Shown: positions 1-12,900, counted from the stretch's first letter. The stretch is 64,000 nucleotides of DNA from Isurus oxyrinchus (GCA_026770705.1 JANJGN010000724.1:62001-126000); one strand, 5' to 3'. The notes: generated by a model not told the origin, from the letters alone. Made by a program: numbers and translations.

Positions 1-17
1 TTCTGTGTGTTCTCTAG

Positions 18-157
18 ACAGTGGAGGAGAGATTCTGCACGTGATCCTGATCCTGGGAATACGAGCTGTGATATTCCTTGTGGCTGTGGTTATCACTATC
101 GCTGGAGTCTGTGTCTGGGAGAGACAAACAGTGAAAGGAAGTCGACAGCCTGTTTGA
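18..157 (+). CDS. Gene 0 terminal transmembrane exon of an activating-type Siglec-like receptor: xSGGEILHVILILGIRAVIFLVAVVITIAGVCVWERQTVKGSRQPV*
   Basis: Acceptor ttctctAG at 16-17. The phase-1 reading (not in the ORF track) gives a hydrophobic helix with Arg (CGA 62-64), a 12-aa tail and TGA at 155-157. Phase matches the phase-1 Ig exons. Near-identical copy at 32252-32391. Confidence 0.8.
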
Positions 158-279
158 AGCTTTGTACAGCAACAATCTGGTCAGTCAGTGCAGACAAATA
201 ACGTGTGATGTTGGGTTAAGTTGTAATGAAACTGGTCAGTGTCCTGGTTAGAATCACCTTCGTATCAGAGAGGCATTCC

Positions 280-870
280 AGCACAGTGGGAGCCCATTCA
301 GCCCATTGAGTCCATGCTGTCTCTCTGTAGAGTAATCCAGTCAGTCCCATTCCCCCGCTCTATCCCCGTATCCCTGTGAGTTTATTTCCCCTCAAGTGTC
401 CATCCAATTTCTTTTCGAAATCGTTCATCGTCTCCACTTCCACCATCCTCGTAGGCAGCGAGTTCCAGCTCATAACCACTCGCTGTGTAAAAAAGTTCCT
501 CCTCACATCCCCCCTCTGCCCAAAACCTTCAATCTGTGTCCCCCAGTCCTTGTACCATCAGCTAATGGCAACAGCTTCTCTTTGTCTACCTGATCTAAAC
601 CCATCATCATCTTGTACACCTCGATCAGGTACCCCCTCAATCTCCTTTGCTCCAAGGAGAACAACCCCAGCTTCTCCAACCCAACCTTGTAGCTAAAATC
701 CCTCATCCCTGGACCCATTCTGCTCAATCTCCTCCCCACCCTCTCAAGGACCCTCACTTCCTTCCCAAAGTGAGGAGACCAGAACTGGACACAATACTCT
801 AGTTGTGACCTAACCAGAGCTTTATAAATGTTCAGCATAACCTCCCTGTGTTTGTTCTCAATCCCTCGAT
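280..870 (-). mobile_element. CR1-type LINE 3' fragment
   Basis: ORF 503..928(-) contains YKALVRSQLEYCVQFWSPH...LEKLGLFSLEQRRLRG.LIEVYK, typical of the CR1 ORF2 C-terminus. Confidence 0.85.
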
Positions 871-1234
871 TTATGAAAAGCTTATTCTTTCCATCAGCAC
901 AAACAGCAATTTCCAAGCGGACTCCCATCAGCAGACAGAGTGCAATGAAACATCGGCATGCCTGCTTCTTAATGTACGGAGAGAAACCTGGAACGAGAGA
1001 TTCTCCTTCTTCTCCTCAGCAAGCTGAAACTTTTCCTTATACCTGGTGCTCCCCAGTCCTGCTGTGTGGACACATCATAACCACGGCATTGTCTGGCTGT
1101 GTGCAGCCAACATGGTCGAATAGGAATGAACAGAAATGTGACATTGCTAAACTCTGTTCTCTGACTGGAATGTGCTTTCTGAATGCTGCACCTTTTTCAT
1201 GCTGCGATAGATTGTAAGAAGCATTTGGGTTATG

Positions 1235-1240
1235 AATAAA
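1235..1240 (+). terminator. Candidate polyadenylation signal of gene 0
   Basis: AATAAA inside the conserved 3'UTR block; also present in the duplicate at 33468-33473. Confidence 0.4.
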
Positions 1241-1596
1241 ATTACATTGATTAACACAAGTGATTAAAATGCTCAGCCTGTTCTGTAAATATTTATAGAT
1301 TAAAATTCTTATTTTGCTGCCAAATTCTTGCCTCAAAGAAAAGCTTCTTGTTGTCACATTTTCTCTATTATATAAATTCCTGTGCCCATCCTTATTATAG
1401 GAACTTCCAATGTAAACATGTCACATTGTAGTTGCACACTGCTGCCAGTGGTGGTGCCATTCCAAAGCTGTCTTGCTGCACAGACACAGTGAGAAATATT
1501 CTCGATGTGTACATGATGTTGTTGTTACACGGACATCAGGCGGAACCTTGGGCAGTGCCTAGAATGCACTTAGGACAGTGCAGACCACACTCAGAA

Positions 1597-3050
1597 CTGA
1601 CAGTGCAGCGTTTCCTCAGTGCTGACCCTCCGTCAGTTCAGCGCTCCCTCATTACTGTCTCTCTGACAGTGCTGCACTACCTCATTATTGACCCTTTTCA
1701 AGTGCTTCACCCCGTCATCATTGACCTTCTGACCATGCAGGATTCCCTCATGGCTGACAATCTGACAGTGCAACACTCCCTGAATACTGACCCTCTGATA
1801 CTGTACCCCTCCATCACTAATGACTTTCCGACAGTTCAGCACTCCCTAGGTACAGACACTCTGACAGGGCAGCATTCCCTCAGTATTCAAACTCCCACTA
1901 TGCAGCTGTCCCTCAGGATTCTCCCCCCCACAGTGCAGCACTCCCTCAGTACTCACCCTCCCACAGTGCAGCACTCCCTCAGTACTCACCCTCCCACAGT
2001 GCAGCACTCCCTCAGTACTCACCCTCCCACAGTGCAGCACATCCTCAGTACTCACCCTCCCACAGTGCTGTGCGAGTTGTTTAAATCAAGACTGATGCCC
2101 AAAGAGGGAGGTTTCAATGCTAAATCATTGAAATCGGAGAACATTATTTTTAGGCTGAGGGGAACTAGACTTAGTTCCTCATATCCTTTCTTTTGCAATA
2201 ACACACAGTACTAGAATCTCTGTTTAAATAAATTCCAGTTAAACTTTGCCATGAAAGGATATCTTCTCACACTCCTCTCTACCTCAGTACTAACCCTCCC
2301 ACAGTCTGGCACCCCCTCAATACTGACCCTCCGACCGTGCAAATCTCACTCAGTACAGACCCGCTGACAGTTCAGCACACCCTCATTACTGATCCTCTGA
2401 CAGTGCATCACTCCCTCATTAAGGACCCTCTTCCAGTGCAACACTCCCACATTACTGTCCCTCTGACAGTGCAGCACTCCCACATTACTGACCCTCTGAC
2501 AGTGCAGCACTCCTACATTACTGTCCCTCTGACAGTGCAGCACTCCCTCAGTACTGACCCTCCGACATTGCAGCATTCCTTCACTACTGGCCCTCTGACA
2601 GTGCAGCACTCCCACATTACTGACCCTCTGATAGTGCAGCAGACCCTCAGTACTGACCCCACTAACAGTGCAGCACTCGCTCAGTACTGACCCTCCCACA
2701 GTGCAGCACTCCCTCAGTACTATACTCCTGACAGTGAAGCACTCCCTTATTAATGACCCTCTTCCAGTGCAGAACTCCCACATTACTGACCCTCTGACAA
2801 TGGAGCACTCCCACATTACTGACACACTGACAGTGCAGCACTCCCACATTACTGTCCCTCTGACAGTGCAGCACTCCCTCAGTACTGACCCTCCGACATT
2901 GCAGCAATACTTCACTACTGGCCCTCTGACAGTGCAGCAATCCCACATTACTGACCTTCTGATAGTGCAGCACTCACTCAGTACTGACCCTCACACAGTG
3001 CAGCACTCCCTCAGTACTATACCCCTGACAGTGCAGCACTCCTTCAGTAA
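1597..3050 (+). repeat. 33-bp minisatellite (TGACAGTGCAGCACTCCCTCAGTACTGACCCTC)n, interrupted at ~2070-2280
   Basis: Direct tandem repeats; source of the spurious TVQHSLSTDPL ORFs. Confidence 0.95.
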
Positions 3051-3270
3051 TGATATCAGGGATTGTCAACATGTATCATACGGCCAGAGACCTGTATTGG
3101 GAACTCTATCGCCTGCGCTTCAGCCTCTGAGATGAGGGGGAGGGGTCTAATCCCATGGAGCCAATGGAGAAGCTTGATGACTACAGCTGCCCAAATATGA
3201 GCTGACAGATCACACATGGTAAACGTTTTGCTGAGAGCACAAAACATCCTCGAACTTCTCACTGATTACC

Positions 3271-3417
3271 CACTTCCTCATTTTGTCTCACAGAGACACA
3301 TCCACCCTTTCTAATTAAACACACAGAGGGAGCAGCACAGGAAGAGGTCATTCAGCCCAAGCAGAGCGTGTGGGCAGTTCCTCCCCAGGCGAGCAGTCGG
3401 ACAGGTCCTGGGTAAGT
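3271..3417 (+). promoter_or_regulatory. Putative promoter and non-coding exon 1 of gene A (PU.1/ETS box, donor G|GTAAGT at 3411/3412)
   Basis: CACTTCCTCATTT at 3271, ACAGGAAG, AT-rich box and a consensus donor; the module recurs four times, twice directly upstream of leader exons. Confidence 0.6.
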
Positions 3418-3861
3418 AACGGAACGATTGGAATTCACTTCCACCACCAACACCGTCCTTTGTTGATGTTGTGACTTTATAAAGACAGATTCCAATGATT
3501 GATGCCTTTGAAAGATTTCTACTGATTATTGAGATCTGGGTGTGAGGCTCAAGTCTGTTGTACAGAACATCTTTCTAGCTCAAGGGATGAGGGAAGTGCA
3601 GAGACATGAGCTTTGGGACATCCTGAGGTGGTGAAAGGTGCTATGGAAATGCAAGTCCTTCATTGTTTTTCCTTCTTAAAGCCTTGTAACTATCTGCAGA
3701 GCACCTATCATCCCACAGAGAATCAAACTATTCTGTGAAGACATTGTCTAAAAGCAGATCTGATCTCTCGAGAGCTGTTGGACAAAAGGTGAAGTCTCAT
3801 TAACTCCTTTCTCTTTCAGAACTTCAGAGTTAGAAGCTGATGAAATATCTGGGAGTGGACA

Positions 3862-3901
3862 ATGATCGGGAAATCTTACTTCCTCCTGTCACTTCTCCAA
3901 G
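3862..3901 (+). CDS. Gene A signal-peptide exon MIGKSYFLLSLLQ
   Basis: Acceptor tttcAG 3818-3819, acaATG at 3862, donor CAAG|GTAAT; phase 1 joins in frame to the V exon. Confidence 0.8.
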
Positions 3902-6900
3902 GTAATATCATTGTCAGCTCAGACAGATTTATGGTGAATAGTCTTTGTAAAAGATCATTCTTATTGAGCTGTGATTGGGAACCGATTCAACAGTGAGCCA
4001 GTGCACAAACTCACACCAAGTCCCATTCACCCATCACCCCTAAACTATCTGACTCCTGGTCCTACAACATCTCAAACTTAAAATTCACATCTCTTTGTTC
4101 AAATGCATCCATTGCCTCACACTGCGTCCTTATCTCTGTAACCTCCTGCAACTCTCCCAACCAACGTCCCAGATCTCTGTGTTACTCCAATTCCGGCCTC
4201 TTGACCATCCCCCGATTCCCATCACTCCAATACTGGCGGCCGGGCCTTCAGCTGCCTGGGGCCTGAGCTCTGGAATTCACTCCCTAAACCTCGGGGATGG
4301 AGGAGATCAGAGGGTTTCATTTTACTGAAAACCACCACGACTACATCACAGCTGCAGTCAGAATAGACAGAGAGTCCAGCCCTCGCACTTCCTGCACAGT
4401 TTCACCATAGCAACCACAATAAGGAAGTAAAATAACTGAAAGTTAAACCGAAGCCAAAGCAGTCAGTTTAGAGAGATGAGATATTTACACAGTTTCCCTG
4501 TGTATCTTGTAGACACTGTGTTGGGTGGAAGACTGGCTTCACTAAACAGGGTCCTGAGGACCATGAGCCAATGTAGAATGAAGGTGTCCACTCCTGTGTC
4601 CAGGATTCTCTTCCATCCATTATGAAACCTTGGGGAGTTCCATGTGTGTCCTGTAGATGGTCCTCACTGCAGCCACTGTGCCCCAGTGATGGAGGGAGTG
4701 GATATCGAGTCTAGTGGATCTACAAACCATCCAGAGTTAAATATTTGATATTTCTCTCCCCAGTTGGACTGTCACAAGAGTGGAAAGGTGACACTCCACG
4801 AGAGGTGACAGCGCAGGAAGGTTCGTGTGTACAGATTCCATGTCATTACAGTTATCCAGCACATTTGGAAAACCAACCGCGAGGTGGACTCTGGTTTAAT
4901 AATGAGAAACAGATTCCCTGGGCTCCCATTGCCTTTCACTCCAAGGATCACAGTCACGAGTTACCACGGTTCCGCCATCGGACCCGGCTGTCTGGAGACC
5001 TGAAAGATGGCGACTGTTCCCTGATTATAAACAACATCAGACGGGAAGATGCAGGACCTTATTTTTTCAGAATAGAATTTGACAATGGTCCGAGCCATAA
5101 CTATTACCCTGTAACCCAGCTTCACGTTTCTGGTAAGTGCTGTGTTATAATTACTCAACAATTCACATTCAACATTCAATGGGAAATAACACAAACTGTG
5201 ACGTTTACATATTAACACAAAACACAGTTTATTTTAACACATTGTCTGATTCTCAATAACCTGGTGATGGCTTCCAGTTCAGTCCTAAAGCAACATCTAA
5301 TACTCACTTTAATATCAATGATTAAAAGCATTAACAGTATTATCAGTTTATCCACTCCCATCAATCTCTCCTGTCCTGTTTAAAAGTCTGACGTATCGAT
5401 AAAAGAAAGATGTGCATTTCTGCAGCGCAATTTACCACCTCAGGAGGATCCAAATCCCTTCACAGCCAATGAAATTATTCCTGAATTGTAGTCACAGATG
5501 TTAAACACAGCAGGCAGTTTGTGCACAGCAAGATCCAACAAACCACAATGTAATAAATCACCCAGATCACTGAGGAAATGAGAAGCCAGTGAACTCAAAC
5601 CTCTGGTCTGATGAAGAGTCATACGGACTCGAAACGTTAACCCTGTCTTCCTCTCCACTGATCCTGTCAGACCTGCTGAGTCTTTCCAGCAATTTTTGTT
5701 TTGGTTTCAGATTTCCAGCATCCACAGTATTCTGCATTTAACTCCAATCTCTGGTCTGAGCCTCTTCTCTCATCCAGTGTTCTCAATTCACATGTCTCGG
5801 AGTGAACGTGTATTAAGCTGAGAGACAGAAACACTACTGCCAAAGAGCAAGAAAATCTTTCCTGATCATTGTAACCTCTCAGTTCTGATATCATCCTTGT
5901 AAAAGTGCTTTCTCTTGTGGGACTGTGATTTCTATTTGAACTGATGCTTCACGTTATATTTCTCTAAAAGGATCCATTCTCTGTCTGTTAGATTTCACAG
6001 ATAAACCCACGATATTCCCTGCTGAAATTATTGCAGGAAAGCGTGTGGATGTAAGCTGCACCTTCAACACAACGTGCAATGGAACAGCAGCACCTGTCTT
6101 AACCTGGGACACTCCCACTGACGTACCTGGATCAGTCTCAAACACTGTAACTCAGCATGGTGTCACTCTGACCTATACTTCTGTTCTGACCCTGATTCCA
6201 TCACTCAAACACCACGGACACACTCTCAGCTGCAGAGTGAGATATCCATCTGTTTCATCGGACCGGACCCTCGTACTAACTGTACAAGGTAAGTACTGAC
6301 ACCCTTGATTCTATATTAGCTGTAATAGGATACAATGTGCAGAGCAAGATCCCACAAACATCACTGGGTTGAAGACAAAACAGGTCCTTTTTTATTAGTG
6401 ATATTGACCAGGGAGAGCTCTTCCTGTATTGAGCCTTGGGATTGTTTATGCCTACCTGATAGGGCAGAGGGGGCCAAGGTTGAACTTAAAAGACAATATA
6501 GGATAATATAAATATTGTCTTCATTGATGTCAAAGATTTTGGGGGAGATGTAGTATAAAATTTTAATATTAACAATGTAAATAGATAGTATTTATCATCA
6601 GTTACTCAAGGTCACCTGAGAATAGAACACGGAGAGAGATAGTTCTATAGATACCTAGGTACATAGAAACTAGGAGCAGGATTAGGACATTCAGCCCTTC
6701 AAGCCTTCTCCGCCATTCAATATGATCAAGGCTGACCCTCTATCTCAAAGCCTTATTCCCGCTTTCTCTCCGTACCCTTTGATGCCCCTAATATCAAAAT
6801 ATTTATCAGTTTCTTTCTTGAATACACTCAGTGACCCGGCCTCCACAGCCTCTGTGATGGAGAATTCCACAGATTGACCACCCTCTGAGTGAAGAAATGT

Positions 6901-9900
6901 TTCCCTATCTCAGTCCAAAATGGCCTGCCCTGTATCCTGAGATTGTCGCCCTTGGTTTTAGACTCCCCAACCAGGGGATTCATCCTCCCTCCATCCAGTC
7001 TGTCTATCTCTGTTAGAATTTCTTACGTTTATTCAGGTCTCCTCTCATTCTTCTAAACTCTAGTGAATATAGACCCAGTCGTACCAATTCTCCTCATACG
7101 ACAGTCCTGCCGCCCCTGGTATCAGCCTAGAGAACCTTCTCTGCGCTCTCTCGACGGCAAGTCTATCCTTTTTTAGGGAGGGAGACCAAAACGGCACGTA
7201 GTACCCCATGTGCAGTCTCACCAAGACCTTGTATAACTGCAGTGAGACATCCCTACTCCTGAACACAAATCCGCTTGCAATGAATGCCAACATACCATTT
7301 GCCTTCCGAATTACTTGCTGCACCTGCCTGTTTACTTTCATTGGCTAGTGCACAAGGACACCCAGATCCCTTTGTACATCCACATTTCACAATATATCAC
7401 CATTTAAATAATACTCTGCCTTTCTGTTTTGCACACCAAAGCCTACAATGTCACATTCATCCACATCATCTGCCATGTGTTTGCCCACACACACAACTTG
7501 TCTAAATCGCCTTGAAGCCTCTTTGCATCCTTCTCACAGCTCACAGCCTTACCCAGCGTTGTGTCATCAGAAAACCTGGAAATATTGCACTTGGCTCCCT
7601 CACCCAAGTCATTTATATATATCGTGAATAGTTAGGTCCCAAGCACGTGAATAGTTAGGTCCCTGTGGTATACCACTAGTCACCGCCTGCCACTCAGATA
7701 AAGACTAATTTATTCTGACCCTCTGTTTCCTGTCTATCGACCAATTCTCAATCCATGCCAGTAAATTACCCGCAATCCCATGGGCTTTAATGTTGCGCAC
7801 TAGCCTCATGTAGGACCTTATCAAAAGCCTTCTTGAAATCTAAATACACCACATCCACTGGTTATCCCTTATCTATTCTACTCGTTACATCTTCAAAATC
7901 TCCAATAGATTAGTTAACCATAATTTTCCTTTCATTAACCCATGCTGATTTTGTCGAATCCCATTAAAGCTTTCCAAGCGTTCCATTAGCACACCTTATA
8001 TAATAGGCTCTAGCGTTTTCCCCATGTTAGACTAACTGATCTGTAATTCCCAGTTTTTTTCTCTCCCTTCTATTTTAAATAGTGGAGTTACAATTGCCAC
8101 CCTCCAATCTATAGGAACTGCTCCAGAGCCTATAGAATTTTGGAGGATGACCACCAGTGCTTCCAATATTTCCAGGGTCACTTCCGTTAGTCTCTGGGAT
8201 GTAGATTTTCAGGCCCTGGGGACTGTTCAACCTTTAACCCATTAATCTCTCCAGATTCATTTTTTAAAACTAATCCTGATTATCTTCAATTCCTCCCTCT
8301 CACTAGACACTTGGTTCCCTAACATTCCTGGGAAATTATTTGTGTCCTCTTTTGTGAAGACAGAACCAAAATATATGTTCAGTTCTTCTGCCATTTCTTT
8401 GTTTCTCATTAGAATTTCCCCCATTTCTGACTGCAAGGAACCTACATCAGTCACTGCTAATCTTTCTCTCTTCACATATTTATAGAAGCTTTTACAGTCG
8501 GTTTTTACGTTCCCTGCAAGTTTACTCCCATGTTCCATTTTCCCCTTCTTGATCAATCTTTTTGTCCACTTTTGCTGAATTCTAAACTGCTCCCAATCCT
8601 CAGCATTGCTGCTTCCCCTGGCAATTTTCTGTCTCCTCTCTGGATCTAATACTATCCCTAATTTCTTTTGTAAGCCCTGGTTGAGCACCATTTCCTGACT
8701 TATTTTTACGCCAGACAGAAATGGATAATTGTTGTAGCAAATGCTTCAGCCTTATCTTTTGCCCTGATGTGCTGGGCTCCCCCTTCATTGAGGATGGGGA
8801 TATTTGTGGATTCCCCTCCTCCAGTGAGCTAATTGTCCGTTACCATTGGATACGAGCATTAGTGGACTGTATTAGACCATTATCGAAAATGAAAGCCGGA
8901 CTCCAGTATGGCCTCACTATGATGGATATGACAACTCGATTTCCAGAGACCATCCCTTTAGGAACAATTACAGCTAAAGTAGTAATAGGGAAGTTAACCC
9001 AATTTTTTACCCATTATGGATTACCGCTGGAGATCCAGTCAGATCAAGGTTCCATCTCTATGTCTTAAAATTTTCCGAACATAATGAGTAATTTGGGTAT
9101 AAAACAGTTAAAGTCCACAGCATATCATCCATAGACACAGGGATCTTTAGAGAGGGACCAACAAACACTCAGAACAATGATTGAAGCTATTGTCATGAAC
9201 TCCCCATGACTGGGACAAAGGACTGGATTTTCTTGTATTTCCCACACGAGATTCACCAACTGAATCGGCAGGTTTTAGTCTTTTTGGAATAACTTATGGA
9301 CACGAGATAAGAGGCTGTCTGAAATACATCAAAGAAAGATATTCCGGACAGAGGGATGAATCCTCTATTTCAGATGATGTGTCCATGTTTCAGGAACGGC
9401 TCATGGGAGCCTCCAAAGTGGCACAAGAACATCTTATAGTTTCTCAAACAGAGATGAAGGAATGGGGCAGACAGGCAAGCTGTGACCCGAACATCACAAC
9501 CAGGGGGATGACGTGTTAGTATCATTGCCTTGGCAGGGGGAGCCTCTGAAAGCGCGGTTCAGTGGTCCCTACAAGGTAATTAGGAGGGTTGGTCAAGTAA
9601 ATTATTTGATAGACACCCCAGATTGTAGAATAAAGAATCGGCTGTGACACATCAATATGTTAAAACGATACCATCGTAGGGAGGGAGGTAAAAAGGAGCA
9701 GGTATTTCATTTCTAACCAGATTCTGCATAGATTACAGAAAGGTTAATGCAGCAATAAAACCAGATTCCTACCCAATCCCCCGTTTAGAAGATGGTATTG
9801 ACGAGGTTGGCAGTGCCATGTTCCTTACTGAGATAAATTTGTTGGTAGTGGGGGGTGTTCGTGACCATCAGTGTGGAAGGGTTAGGTTTACAGGTTACAC

Positions 9901-12900
9901 AGACCAGACACACACCAACAGACACACACACACATGTAAGCACGCACATTCACACGCACACGCGCACACACACAACACACACACGCACACACGCACACGC
10001 ACACACACACACACGTAAGCACGCACNNNNNNNNNNNNNNNNNNNNNNNNNNNNNNNNNNNNNNNNNNNNNNNNNNNNNNNNNNNNNNNNNNNNNNNNNN
10101 NNNNNNNNNNNNNNNNNNNNNNNNNNNNNNNNNNNNNNNNNNNNNNNNNNNNNNNNNNNNNNGTGCAGAAACACAAACACACACACACACACACACATAC
10201 ACACACACAAGCACACTCACTTGTGCAGAAACACAAACACACACACACACATACACACATGTAAGCTCCCTCTCCTCACTCAGTGCTGCACTGGAGTCTC
10301 GGTGTCAGCTCCGATTCTTTGTTGAAGGAAGGTAAACTCCAGATCAACAAGACCCTGAATTGGATGAGCAACCTCCTGAACAGAGAATTGTAGATTTACC
10401 CCTCAGTGCTCCATCGATTAAATACAATTCATTGCCTGTCAAGCCCTTGGGGACATTCTGAGGATGTGAAAGGCAGTTTCTTTAAATCTGGATGGGCAGG
10501 GTCTCTGGTGGGAGAATGCTCCTGCAGTGTGACAGTTTACATAGGCAGTGCCCATTGTAAATGTGACATAGGAACTTATCTTGAGAGAAGGTGCCTAGAA
10601 ATGCACACAGGCATCAGTTACAGTGAGATGATACGGGAAGTTTTGCTGTGCACTGTGTTTGCTCACATTAAAATCTTTATATATATTTTTAGATGGACCA
10701 CAGAATCTCTCAATTACTTCTCTTGATGTGATTAACGCTTCATCGGTCAATATAATTGAGGGGAATTCTGCAGTGATAATCTGCTCTGTCGAGAGCTTCC
10801 CAGCTTCTAACCTGACGTGGCGACATCTTAATGTCCCAATGAACAGAACAAGTTCCAACAATGAGCTGTGGTTGGTGATTCCTCACGTTACATCCAGGGA
10901 CACTGGAGACTATCAGTGTGTGGCAGAGAATGAACATGGAGCAGTGGAGGGGTTCATAACCATCACTGTGGAACGTGAGTTAAAGCAAACTTCAACATCA
11001 CTCTCACATATTCACACACACACACATACACATACACACATGCATACAAACAAGCATTCATGTGCAATCCCACATGTGCACAGGTGTGCACGCCTGTATG
11101 CTTACACACAGAAGCATACATACAGAATCACACGTGTGCTTGCTCACACACACACCGACATGTGTGTGTTGTCTGTTCTCCCTGTGCTGCACTGGAGCGT
11201 TGCTCCAGATTCTGCTCTGAAACACTGACGACATCAGCTGAACAAGACCCTGTATTGGACGAGCAGCCCCCTGCACAGAGAATTGTAGGTTTATCACTCA
11301 ATACCCCATTATTCTAAAGCAATTCCTCCACTGTCAAATCCCTGTGAACATCCTGAAGATGTGAAAGACATTTTCTTTTCTTCTAGCCCGACAGTGTCTC
11401 CTTTGGTGGAAGGCTGTAATTACAGCGTGACAGTTTACATATCCACATGCAGCAAGAGCTGAGCAACTTTCAGCTTGGGCTGAGAAATGACAAGTAATGT
11501 TCATGCCACACAAGTACCAGGCAGTGAACATCTCCAACAAGAGGCAATCTAACCATCTCCCCTTGATATTCAATCACTTTACCATTGCTGAATCCCCTAC
11601 CATCAACATCCTGGAGGATGTTAACAAAACAACTAACTGGACCGGCCATAATAACTGTGGCTTTAGGAGCAGGTCAGAAGCTGGGAAATCTGTTGGGGTG
11701 AAAAACTCACCACCAGCTTCTCAAGGACAATTAGGGATGGGTAATACATGTTGGCCTAACCAGTGACACCCACTTCCCATGAATGTCCCTAAAGAAACAC
11801 ACCAGCCGTGACCATTATAGATGTTGACATAGTAACTTATAATGGGTAAGATACCTTGAAATGAAAGCAGATACCAGATAGAGAGAAATGAAGCGTGGAG
11901 CCTTGTTCACAATGAAATCTTTATATGTTTTCAGATGCACCACGGAATCTCTCAATTACTTCTCTTGATATGATTAACGCTTCATCGATCAATATAATTG
12001 AGGGGAATTCTGCAGTGATAATCTGCTCTGTCGAGAGCTTCCCAGCTTCTAACCTGACGTGGCGACATCTTAATGTCCCAATGAACAGAACAAGTTCCAG
12101 CAATGAGCTGTGGTTGGTGATTCCTCACGTTACATCCAGGGACACTGGAGACTATCAGTGTGTGGCAGGGAATGAACATGGAGCAGTGGAGGGGTTCATA
12201 ACCATCACTGTGGAACGTGAGTTACTGCAANNNNNNNNNNNNNNNNNNNNNNNNNNNNNNNNNNNNNNNNNNNNNNNNNNNNNNNNNNNNNNNNNNNNNN
12301 NNNNNNNNNNNNNNNNNNNNNNNNNNNNNNNNNNNNNNNNNNNNNNNNNNNNNNNNNNNNNNNNNNNNNNNNNNNNNNNNNNNNNNNNNNNNNNNNNNNN
12401 NGCACACAAACAAGCATTCATGTGCAATCCCACATGTGCACAGGTGTGTACACCTGCATGCACACACACAGAAGGAAACATACACAGAATCACACGTGTG
12501 CTTGCTCACACACACACAGACATGTGTGAGTTGTCTGTTCTCCCTGTGCTGCACTGGAGTGTTGCTCCAGATTCTGCTCTGAAACACTGACGACATCAGC
12601 TGAACAAGACCCTGTATTGGATGAGCAGCCCCCTGCACAGAGAATTGTAGGTTTATCACTCAATACCCCATTATTCTAAAGCAATTCCTCCACTGTCAAA
12701 TCCCTGTGAACATCCTGATGATGAGAAAGACACTTTCTTTTCTCCTAGCCTGACAGTGTCTCCTCTGGTGGAAGGCTGTAATTACAGCGTGACAGTTTAC
12801 ATATCCACACGCAGCAAGAGCTGAATAACACTCAGCTTGGGCTGAGAAATGACAAGTAATGTTCACACCACACAAGCACCAGGCAGTGATCATCTCCAAC

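Noticed and set aside
7-201. ORF-track peptide MFSRQWRRDSARD... (and its copy 32223..32435)
   Set aside because: Wrong frame and spans the splice acceptor; the phase-1 frame gives a coherent TM exon
1432-3135. TVQHSLSTDPL / VLRECCTV repeat ORFs here and at ~27.8, 33.9, 40.5, 52.5, 54.3 and 60.1 kb
   Set aside because: 33-bp dispersed minisatellite in both orientations; no exon structure
9818-10325. His/Thr- and Cys/Val-rich ORFs (also 51176-52470, 53676-54281, 54815-55153)
   Set aside because: Translations of CA/CT microsatellites and N gaps
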